IMG/VR virus record: IMGVR_UViG_3300042868_010462
Location: 1 to 64,000 of that record
Strand: one strand, 5' to 3'
DNA from: a virus
DNA length: 64,000 nucleotides
In this document: in pieces, positions 50,941-58,956 of the stretch
Layout: every line of letters starts with the position of its first letter
Numbering within the stretch: the stretch's first letter is position 1
Notes under the pieces: model-generated
Seen by the model: only the letters and a program-made list of their open reading frames with translations
What the model was told of the DNA's origin: nothing
Databases searched by the model: none
Position numbers and translations under genes: made by a program

Positions 50941-51165
50941 ATGGAAGAAAAAGAATTATTCGGTAAATTATTTAATAGTGTTCCTTTATTAACTGATGAC
51001 CACTTACAAACATTACTCGATGTAATGGATAGAGAACAAGCAATCTTTATGTTAGTACAAGCTGTAAAATACGCATATATGTCAGGTGTATATTCAATTG
51101 GTGAAGTTGAAGTAATTTCAAAATCTATTAGAATACTCTCCAGTAAAGAAACTAAGGATTCTTAG
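50941..51165 (+). CDS. small hypothetical protein
   Basis: MEEKELFGKLFNSVPL..; ATG at 50941. Confidence 0.55.
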   Translation: MEEKELFGKLFNSVPLLTDDHLQTLLDVMDREQAIFMLVQAVKYAYMSGVYSIGEVEVISKSIRILSSKETKDS

Positions 51166-51562
51166 AATCTATAGCATCTGAAGCATTTTCCTCAGGTTTA
51201 CCTTGAACTGTTGAAGTTGCGACCCCAGTCACTTTACCACCATCAGTAGTTAATGCCCCAACTTTCATTTGTGACATTTCTATTGGTTTAATTTGTCCAA
51301 AGTCACTTGGTAAATCTGTTTTAGTTGTCTCAGTAGAACTTGTCGTTATAGTAGGTGTTGTTGTCACTTTATCAGGTTGTCCTAACTTAGTTTTAATTGC
51401 GGCTAAGGTTTGTGGCCCGAACTGATTATCATCTTTTAACCCCAAAAGTTTTTGAATATCTGCGATAGATTTATTTTCTGTTGTTTGTTCAGCCAAAATA
51501 TTTTTGTTATGTAAACTTAATATTCTTAATTTATCATTTTTATCAATTCTTATTTGTTTCAT
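51152..51562 (-). CDS. protein with peptidoglycan-binding-like domain
   Basis: IADIQKLLGLKDDNQFGPQTLAAIK, a PGBD-like DGxFGPxT motif. Confidence 0.6.
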   Translation of the reverse strand: MKQIRIDKNDKLRILSLHNKNILAEQTTENKSIADIQKLLGLKDDNQFGPQTLAAIKTKLGQPDKVTTTPTITTSSTETTKTDLPSDFGQIKPIEMSQMKVGALTTDGGKVTGVATSTVQGKPEENASDAIDSKNP

Positions 51563-51565
51563 ATT

Positions 51566-52048
51566 CTATTTCTTTGATAATATATCATAAAGTTTGTTTA
51601 TGTTTTCCTGACTTAAATCGGTACCACTCAAACCTGCAAGTTTTAAAACTTCAGGTATTTGTGGTTTTACACTATTTATGACTTTCCCCATTCCAATAAT
51701 ATTAGTTCCACTTGTTACTGGTGTAATCTGTATCTTTCCATCAGTACCACAATAATAAGTTGACATTTCTTTAGTTGTTTTATTCATCCTTCTACCATTC
51801 CCAAACCATAAAAAACCACTTCCATCATACATAACTGTATTATCCTTTCTTAAAATTGGTTTAACATTTTTAGATTGTACAACACACGGAAATTTTTCCC
51901 AACCTGTTGTAATAATACCTGTTCCTAAAGTTTTAAATAAGTCGGAAAAGATATTTTCAGTCAGATATTGTTTTTTGGTTCTGTTTTCGTGTAAATTCAA
52001 AATCCTTTCTCTTTCGGATTCATTCAAAAAATATAACTTCTTATTCAT
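51566..52048 (-). CDS. hypothetical (head-associated-like) protein
   Basis: N-terminus LNESERERILNLHE..YLTE resembles that of the neighbouring gene. Confidence 0.55.
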   Translation of the reverse strand: MNKKLYFLNESERERILNLHENRTKKQYLTENIFSDLFKTLGTGIITTGWEKFPCVVQSKNVKPILRKDNTVMYDGSGFLWFGNGRRMNKTTKEMSTYYCGTDGKIQITPVTSGTNIIGMGKVINSVKPQIPEVLKLAGLSGTDLSQENINKLYDILSKK

Positions 52049-52077
52049 AAAAATCTTTCTTTATAAATATCATTAAT

Positions 52078-52758
52078 CTATGAAAACTTGTTACCCTTTT
52101 TAATATTTTCTATTCCCCACATTGGTTGAAGATTTTCTAACGACCAACACTTCTTAAACTCATCATCTCCACTACTCTCAAATATAAACGATGATATTGG
52201 TTTAATATGGTCAATATGCCACTCACCATAGTTATCCCAATTCATCCCATCGTTAAATTGTTTTTGTAAATGTACAATAAGTTCCTCAGGTGAGTAACCC
52301 AAGATATCAAAGTAGTGTCCGTACTTCTGTAAATTGTTTTCTTTAAGTACTATGTATATTGCAGTTCTAAAGTTAGAGATGAGTTTATAAATTGGGTCAG
52401 TATGTCTTTTGTGTTTTTGATATTCTCGTTTTTTTTCTCGATGTTTATTAATATTATTTTCTCTCCATTCTTTATGATATGAATTTAATTTATCCCTATT
52501 ATTTTTTTGCCATTCTTTGTGATAAATCGTTTTCTTCTCTTTGTATTTTTCATAAGTTCTTTTATATGTGGCTTTTTTACCTCCTTTGAACTTTTTACCA
52601 GGGACACCAACTTTCACATTGTTTTCTTTTAATATACGTAATACAATATGTTTATTAATACCCAATCTTTCGGATATACTGGGACTACCCAACATTTCGT
52701 CATTGTATAACCTTATTATTTCGTTAACTATTTGTTTATCTAATTGTATCTTTTTCAT
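52078..52758 (-). CDS. free-standing HNH homing endonuclease with N-terminal HTH
   Basis: LGYSPEEL..HL..QF..GMNWDNYGEWHIDHIKP..CWSLENLQPMW..ENIKKGNK. Confidence 0.85.
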   Translation of the reverse strand: MKKIQLDKQIVNEIIRLYNDEMLGSPSISERLGINKHIVLRILKENNVKVGVPGKKFKGGKKATYKRTYEKYKEKKTIYHKEWQKNNRDKLNSYHKEWRENNINKHREKKREYQKHKRHTDPIYKLISNFRTAIYIVLKENNLQKYGHYFDILGYSPEELIVHLQKQFNDGMNWDNYGEWHIDHIKPISSFIFESSGDDEFKKCWSLENLQPMWGIENIKKGNKFS

Positions 52759-52802
52759 ATAAGATAAATATAAACATAAAGTTGATTATTTCAATAATCA
52801 AT

Positions 52803-52832
52803 AAAAAAAAAAAGGGACAAAAACTTGTCCCT
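52803..52832 (-). terminator. intrinsic terminator of the capsid operon
   Basis: AGGGACAA-AAAC-TTGTCCCT with an A run on the + strand (U tail on the - strand). Confidence 0.8.
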
Positions 52833-52856
52833 CTCGTCAATATTAACTAAGATTGA

Positions 52857-54725
52857 TTATCTCAATTCTTGTAAGTCGAATGTTCTAACACCATCAACTG
52901 TAATTCTTCCATAGAACCTGTTGTTCACCATTTTTTTAGCGTATCTAGTCATGATACCTTTGATTGGTGTAAAGTTGAATGGATTATACATTGTTGGAGT
53001 CAATTGAAGTGGAACATACGGAGCATAGATGTAACCAGTATCAAGAAGTGACGTACCTTTGTGTCCAATTAACACTTGGTTAGGTGGGAAGTAAGGGTCA
53101 CGATATACTTGGTATCTACCTGCTAATGTACCTACTCTTTCAATACCCATATTGTATTGGTCTTGGTCAGGAGAAGCATTTGATACGTGGAAGTATTCCA
53201 AGTCATCAAAGATTGCAGAAACCTCAGAAGACACAACAATCCAGTTAGCACCACCTCTAAGAGTTGATTTGTGGATTTGAGCAGAAAGTTGGTTGATAGC
53301 AGTAATCAACGTTTGATTCCAATCTTTTTGAGTGTAAGAAGTAGTAGCACTAATTCTTCTCCATCCGTTGTAATCCCATCTTAGATTCCAAGCAGCACCT
53401 TTTCTAAGGTCACGTAGGATTTCTCTATCGATTTCAGCTGCAACTTGCTCAGAAAGAAGAGCAGTTAATTCAGCTTCAGCATCGATGTTGTGGAATGCAG
53501 CAACGTCTTGTGCTAATTCAGGAGACCATTGAGCTCTTAATTTTCTTTCAGTTACAGAAACAGTTACTGATTCAAGGTCGAAAGAAACTTCACCAATTTT
53601 GTCTTCAAATTCTAATTCTTCGTATCTTCTAAATACTGTTGTGAATGCAGTACCTGAAAGTGTACCAGTCAAAGTTGTACCTGTGTAACCATCTAAAGAG
53701 TCAGAACCACAATCAGCACATATTGGACAAGAAAGGTCTACCTCTAAGTAGATACAACCATCTTGACTACAAATGTCATTGTAAGTACCACCACCATTTG
53801 AAGGCCAAGTAGTTTTAGTATTAGTTGAAGTTGGAGAAACGATACCTTTACCATATTGTTGAGTTACAACACGGAATAATAATGAGTTTCTTGTACCAGC
53901 AGCATTGTAAATAACATTACAAGGAGTTGTTGCACTGAAAGGTGAAGATGCTTGAGCGGCTGTTGCATATACTCTTAAATCAGATAAGAATGCCTCAGTA
54001 TCAATTTCATTACCATCAGGTGCAATAAGTTTACCAACACCAGTGTCAGCAAATCCACACATTTTGATAATTACTTTTCTTACGTTAGTTGTTGCTGGAT
54101 ATTGAGATGTTGCATCAGTAAGTAATCCACTACTCCAAACTTGAACAGTAGCTGTTTGAGTAATAGCAGACCAACGACCTTTTGAATAATCAAATAAACC
54201 AGGAGGGTCTAAAGCAGCTTCATTACCTTCATAGAATAAATCATAAAGATTTTTTGCATAAGCACCAGTACTTGTACCATAACCAGCACTTGTATCACCA
54301 GGATAGTTACCAGGACTTCCTACAGGTGCGTAGTGTTGACCACTATCACCAGCATTGAAGTTACCTGAAGGGTAAGTAGCACCAGTGTAACCTTGGATTT
54401 TAGGTACGAAGTAGAACAATTTACCAATAGGTAAGTTCATAGCTTGTACAGATACGATATCGTTAGCTAACAATTTAGAGAAAACTCTTCTTACGATAGG
54501 AAATACAACAGTTTCGAAAGAACCTGAACTTCCATCAGAAGTTGCTTCATTGATTAAGAAAGAAGCTTGGTTTTCATATAACTGAGCTACGTTTTCTTTT
54601 AGGTGGCCTCTAAGACCTTCAAGGAATCCTAATTTATCCCATTTGTTGATAGTATCTTCTTTGATAACTTTAAGGTGTTTCAAACCAATATTACCAACAA
54701 GACCCGATTCTAATAATGCTCCCAT
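52857..54725 (-). CDS. major capsid protein (T4 gp23-like)
   Basis: PIVRRVF..DIVSVQAM.LP.G.LFY, RKLRAQWSPELAQD..AFHNIDAEAELT..EIDREI and YAPYVPL..P.KGIMTRYA. Confidence 0.95.
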   Translation of the reverse strand: MGALLESGLVGNIGLKHLKVIKEDTINKWDKLGFLEGLRGHLKENVAQLYENQASFLINEATSDGSSGSFETVVFPIVRRVFSKLLANDIVSVQAMNLPIGKLFYFVPKIQGYTGATYPSGNFNAGDSGQHYAPVGSPGNYPGDTSAGYGTSTGAYAKNLYDLFYEGNEAALDPPGLFDYSKGRWSAITQTATVQVWSSGLLTDATSQYPATTNVRKVIIKMCGFADTGVGKLIAPDGNEIDTEAFLSDLRVYATAAQASSPFSATTPCNVIYNAAGTRNSLLFRVVTQQYGKGIVSPTSTNTKTTWPSNGGGTYNDICSQDGCIYLEVDLSCPICADCGSDSLDGYTGTTLTGTLSGTAFTTVFRRYEELEFEDKIGEVSFDLESVTVSVTERKLRAQWSPELAQDVAAFHNIDAEAELTALLSEQVAAEIDREILRDLRKGAAWNLRWDYNGWRRISATTSYTQKDWNQTLITAINQLSAQIHKSTLRGGANWIVVSSEVSAIFDDLEYFHVSNASPDQDQYNMGIERVGTLAGRYQVYRDPYFPPNQVLIGHKGTSLLDTGYIYAPYVPLQLTPTMYNPFNFTPIKGIMTRYAKKMVNNRFYGRITVDGVRTFDLQELR

Positions 54726-54761
54726 TTTCTATTTTTTTTAGTTTAGTTTGCAGTTTATTGT

Positions 54762-56312
54762 TTATTTTAATTTTGACATTAAATCTTTCATTCTAAGGAA
54801 TTGAGGATTTTCGTAAGTTTTTGACTCAATCAAGTTAATTGATGAACCATTTGAAGGACTTTTTTGAATTGTTCTTTCGATTGATTCATTAACTTGTTTT
54901 CCTGTAGAAGGAGTTAATTCGTCTTTAATAATTTTGTAAAGATTTTTTGATTCTTTAAGAGTTTCTACACCATCAAATCTTTTCAGAATGTTAATTTTTT
55001 CTTGTTTTGAAGTTGAATGTTCTGTAAACAATCTTGTCGCATAAGCTAAGTTTGAATTAAATATTGCAACTTCATTTAATTTATTTCTGAAAACGTTTAA
55101 TGCTTTTCTGTATTCCTCATTTTTTTCTCTAAGTAAATTTACTTCTTGAGATTCGATAGATTCTTTTCTGATATGACGTGGTGCTGCTTTTGGTTTTGGA
55201 AGACCTTCTCTACCCCAATATTTACCATTACCTAGTGTTCTTGAAGCTTCTTTAGTTTCCCTTTTTTCAAAATCTGAACCTTTGTGAGTTTTTGATTTCA
55301 TACCTTTTTTTCCGGTATAATCTTCTTCACCTTTGTGAGTTTTTGATTTATCGCCTTTGTTCATACCATATTTACCCTCCTTAAATTCACCTTGTAAACT
55401 TGGTGATTTTTTGTCGAATTCATACTTCGGTCCTTTACCAGTATATGGTGCTTCATCACCCTTTTTCATTTTCTTTGTTGGGAAGTCCATAACCTTTCCA
55501 TAGTTAAATTTAGGTCCGTGTCCAATACCAACTCCTTTCGGTTTTCTGGCTTTCTTTGCTTCCATTAAATCATCCATTTCCTCGTCCATAGAATCATCCA
55601 TTTCCTCGTCCATTTCGATTTCATAGATTGGTTCATCCATTTCCATCATATCCATGTCATCCATTTCCATCATATCCATGTCATCCATTTCCATCATATC
55701 TATGTCATCCATTTCCATCATATCCATGTCATCCATTTCTTCGTCAGTTTCCATTTCGAGTTCATAGATTGGTTCATCCATTTCATACATTTCTTCATCC
55801 ATATCTAACCCTTCACGTACAATGTAATACTCTTTATTAGTCTCATCATCAGATAGTTCAATGTTACCTTCACCATCTTCAACCACCGATATTTTGTCAG
55901 TATCTTTCATTCTTGAAAATACTTTCATTACGTTTTCGATTGGTTCATTTGTTAAATCAATTGTAACATCTTCATCATCTTCCATTTCTTCATCGTCTTC
56001 AAATTCCATGTCTTCATCATCCATTTCGTCTTCCATGTCTTCATCATCCATTTCGTCTTCATCGTCCATTTCGTCTTCCATGTCTTCATCATCCATTTCG
56101 TCATCGAATTCAACATCAGCAATGTCAGATTCTTCTTCTTCTGAATCAACCTCTTCTTCGTCTTCTTGTTCGTTAAGAGATTCTTTTACTAATTCCTTGA
56201 TTTCTTGTCTCATTACTGAACCAAGTATTCCTTTTGCATTCTCAGCAACCGCTTCTTCCAAATTTTTCATTTGAATGATTGCCTCTTCTAAAATGTTTTT
56301 TTCTTCAGCCAT
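54762..56312 (-). CDS. prohead scaffolding/core protein
   Basis: Very acidic, immediately upstream of the MCP; C-terminal LNEVAIFNSNLAY..FD..TLKESK..RMKDLM. Confidence 0.75.
   Translation of the reverse strand: MAEEKNILEEAIIQMKNLEEAVAENAKGILGSVMRQEIKELVKESLNEQEDEEEVDSEEEESDIADVEFDDEMDDEDMEDEMDDEDEMDDEDMEDEMDDEDMEFEDDEEMEDDEDVTIDLTNEPIENVMKVFSRMKDTDKISVVEDGEGNIELSDDETNKEYYIVREGLDMDEEMYEMDEPIYELEMETDEEMDDMDMMEMDDIDMMEMDDMDMMEMDDMDMMEMDEPIYEIEMDEEMDDSMDEEMDDLMEAKKARKPKGVGIGHGPKFNYGKVMDFPTKKMKKGDEAPYTGKGPKYEFDKKSPSLQGEFKEGKYGMNKGDKSKTHKGEEDYTGKKGMKSKTHKGSDFEKRETKEASRTLGNGKYWGREGLPKPKAAPRHIRKESIESQEVNLLREKNEEYRKALNVFRNKLNEVAIFNSNLAYATRLFTEHSTSKQEKINILKRFDGVETLKESKNLYKIIKDELTPSTGKQVNESIERTIQKSPSNGSSINLIESKTYENPQFLRMKDLMSKLK
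55633..55739 (-). repeat. 4 x 24-bp coding repeat (MDDMDMME)
   Basis: TCATCCATTTCCATCATATCCATG units, flanked by a duplicated EMDEPIYE segment. Confidence 0.85.
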
Positions 56313-56430
56313 TTTTGGTTTTTTGTATTTTTATTCTATAAATATGTTAATACTTTAAAAAAACTTTTGTAGAGTTATAAACAAACCCAAAAAAGTTTAT
56401 TTATAAATATCCCCAAAATCTATAAAATGA

Positions 56431-56456
56431 AAAAAGGAGGAACAAAGTCCTCCTTT
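56431..56456 (-). terminator. intrinsic terminator
   Basis: AAAGGAGGA-ACAAAG-TCCTCCTTT downstream of 56479. Confidence 0.7.
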
Positions 56457-56478
56457 ATTTTTTAATTAGATAAAAAAA

Positions 56479-56694
56479 TTATTCAATTACTTCATCTATT
56501 TTACTCTCGACTATTGCGGTAATACGCCAATCTTGTGTATAGTGCTCATAGATTTTAGTTACTTTTGCTTCAACATCTGTGGGATTGTAACCAAGAACTA
56601 ATTTTTCTAATTTTATTTTTTTTACTTTACCTGATTCTTCATCAACTAAATCCTCGGCAATTTTTGCTACAAAATACTTTTGTCCATCTTCCAT
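56479..56694 (-). CDS. DUF4494-like small protein
   Basis: YFVAKI..ESGKVKKIK..LV..TDVEAKV..WRITAIVESKIDEV. Confidence 0.55.
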   Translation of the reverse strand: MEDGQKYFVAKIAEDLVDEESGKVKKIKLEKLVLGYNPTDVEAKVTKIYEHYTQDWRITAIVESKIDEVIE

Positions 56695-56718
56695 ATCTTA
56701 ATGATTTTTTTAATTTAA

Positions 56719-57441
56719 CTAATACCCAAGTTTAGCCAATTTTTTCATTAAATCAAGAGTAGCGTTACCTTTTTCACCAACATTTCTTTCTATAGCCATT
56801 TTTTTATCTTCGTCTAAGTTTTCAGCGTACATATCTCTATCCTCTTTATTTATAAAAAGGTAAGCCCCTGGTGTTGATGGTGAAGATACTAAGTCAAAAC
56901 AAATTAACTCGAAGTCATCTTGTACTTCATTCTGTTCCCCAACCTTTTTAAGTGAACCAACACCACGAGATGAAATACCTAACGTAACTCCTTGTCTGAG
57001 ATAATTCGCAGCCATATCTCCTTTTGTTGAAACTATTCCCCTCTCGTGAAAACCTGGTGAGGTTAGTAATTTTAGTTTACCCATCAATATAGGTCCTTCC
57101 CACCATACTTCAGTAATAATATGAGAAACTCTATCTAAATCTATCAAGGAGGACTCAGGGTGATTTAACTCAGACAATGAAGTACCTTTAGCAATCATTT
57201 TTTTGTAGTTTTCTGCTTCTCTTTTTAAGATTCTTTCAGGATAAACTCTTCCATTACGATTTGGGGTGTTATATTTTTGTAATACAGCATAAAATTCGAA
57301 TGGTTTGGAGTGGTCTAAAAAGTTTTTAGATTCTTTTATTATTTTGGCATTTTCATCCATTGAAGGAGAAACATAACCTGCATCATATTCGATTAATATA
57401 CCTTTACCCACGTGTCCTGGTTTGATTACTTCTAAGTTCAT
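56719..57441 (-). CDS. prohead protease (T4 gp21-like)
   Basis: NRNGRVYP, ELNHP, VSHII, GISSRGVGSL and FDLVSSPSTPGA. Confidence 0.92.
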   Translation of the reverse strand: MNLEVIKPGHVGKGILIEYDAGYVSPSMDENAKIIKESKNFLDHSKPFEFYAVLQKYNTPNRNGRVYPERILKREAENYKKMIAKGTSLSELNHPESSLIDLDRVSHIITEVWWEGPILMGKLKLLTSPGFHERGIVSTKGDMAANYLRQGVTLGISSRGVGSLKKVGEQNEVQDDFELICFDLVSSPSTPGAYLFINKEDRDMYAENLDEDKKMAIERNVGEKGNATLDLMKKLAKLGY

Positions 57442-57480
57442 ATTTGAATTTTACTATATAAATATAAATCAAATATAGTT

Positions 57481-57936
57481 TTATATTTCTGAAGAGTTAT
57501 TTTTATCCTTTTTGGTTAAGGTAAATGAAAAATATTTGTTATTGTGAAAGTTTTCTCTGAAAACGTCTTTTGTGATGTTTTTCAAACAATCCTTTATTTC
57601 AGAAGATTTGAAATCTAAGTAAGGTTGTTTTGTAAAAAAGTTTATTTCTAAGTTGAGAAAAGATTTTTTATTTAAGTTTATACCACTCGACCTTAAATCT
57701 AAGTCCACAATAAAATTTTCGTTGAATAATTCTTTGTTTATATTGTGATAAATTGTATGTTTGATACTTCTACTTAGATTCAAAACAACTCTATTCCAAT
57801 TCTCTACGTCTTCTTTTGGTTCTACCCATGTTTGTATGTTTAGGTAAATGGAGTTCAATTCAAACGAATCTACAGTACCATAAACAACTTTTGCAATTTT
57901 AAAACCTTGTATTTTTGAGGTTTTCCCTTTTTTCAT
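57481..57936 (-). CDS. hypothetical protein in the head module
   Basis: 151-aa ORF (YGTVD..FIVDLDLRSSGI..KKSF). Confidence 0.6.
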   Translation of the reverse strand: MKKGKTSKIQGFKIAKVVYGTVDSFELNSIYLNIQTWVEPKEDVENWNRVVLNLSRSIKHTIYHNINKELFNENFIVDLDLRSSGINLNKKSFLNLEINFFTKQPYLDFKSSEIKDCLKNITKDVFRENFHNNKYFSFTLTKKDKNNSSEI

Positions 57937-58030
57937 TAATTTGTAACATTTTCAGTTTATTTTTTCATAAAAATAGGGGATATTTACTTAATAGTCAAAA
58001 ATAAATTGTTTTAACAAATATTTGTATCAT

Positions 58031-58222
58031 ATGCTAATAATCAAAGTCGATAATAAAACACCAATAGAAAAGGCCTTGAAACTTTTTAAAAGTAAAGTTA
58101 TCAAGACCAAATTGATGACTGAGTTAAAAAACAGAAAGGAATTTGTTAAAAATTCAGTCAAAAGAAGAACTGAATTGAACAAAGCAAAATATGTTCAAAA
58201 AATCAAAAATAAAATAGATTAG
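58031..58222 (+). CDS. rpsU: phage-encoded ribosomal protein bS21
   Basis: MLIIKV..IEKALKLFKSKV.KT....ELKNRKEFVKNSVKRR..KAKY; ATG at 58031. Confidence 0.85.
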   Translation: MLIIKVDNKTPIEKALKLFKSKVIKTKLMTELKNRKEFVKNSVKRRTELNKAKYVQKIKNKID

Positions 58223-58935
58223 ATACTATTATCCAATTCCTCCAATCTAAATAAATTCAATTTATCAAACTTTTCATTTGTAATCTTCGAAATTGTTTCA
58301 TCAATTTTGGTGACTACTTCTTCTTCTGAATTTTGTTTGATGTTACTTAGTTTATTTAAAACACTTTCTTTAACTACTTTGTACTTAGATTCCATTTCAG
58401 TAACATCTGAAGAAAGAAATCTCAACAACTTACCCTTAGTGTTTTCGTCTAATTGTTGTACGTAGTTTTTGATTGTTTTATTTGCTATATTAACCATTGT
58501 TGATATTGGTAAATTAATTGATTCTTTTTCTTTTTTAACCTTTCTTTTAAGGGATTCTGTTATTTTCTTTCTACTATTAATTTTTTGTTCAATAGTTAGA
58601 ACACTATCAGAAAACAAATTGTCAATGTCAGTATATTCGTTTTCAACATCAACACCCTCAACCCATAGTTCAAGTTTCCTCAATTTCTTTGGGTTAATTT
58701 TGCTCACAATATTTTTGTATTGGTTAATAGTTTCATTAACATAGTCGTTAACAATCGTACTATCTATGTTTGATTTATTTTTTAATTCATCATAAATCCA
58801 AAATAATTTAGTAAGATTTTTATTTTCTAAAATTGTATTTTGAAAATTTTTAAGTTCAGATTTAAATTCATTTTTATTGGAAAATGATTCCAACAAAATC
58901 TTATCAATTTTCGATTTAATTATACCAAATTTCAT
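58219..58935 (-). CDS. hypothetical helical protein in the head module
   Basis: 238 aa, between the portal and rpsU; preceded by TATTTAT. Confidence 0.6.
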   Translation of the reverse strand: MKFGIIKSKIDKILLESFSNKNEFKSELKNFQNTILENKNLTKLFWIYDELKNKSNIDSTIVNDYVNETINQYKNIVSKINPKKLRKLELWVEGVDVENEYTDIDNLFSDSVLTIEQKINSRKKITESLKRKVKKEKESINLPISTMVNIANKTIKNYVQQLDENTKGKLLRFLSSDVTEMESKYKVVKESVLNKLSNIKQNSEEEVVTKIDETISKITNEKFDKLNLFRLEELDNSI

Positions 58936-58956
58936 AATTTTTTTTATTAATAAATA

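Noticed and set aside
55861-56274. Ser-rich 137-aa ORF and other short ORFs over the scaffold repeats
   Set aside because: Antisense or alternate-frame read-outs of the Asp/Glu/Met repeats.
56313-56430. ncRNA in the gap upstream of the scaffold gene
   Set aside because: Only A/T runs, two TATTTAT-type motifs and a terminator; no convincing structure.
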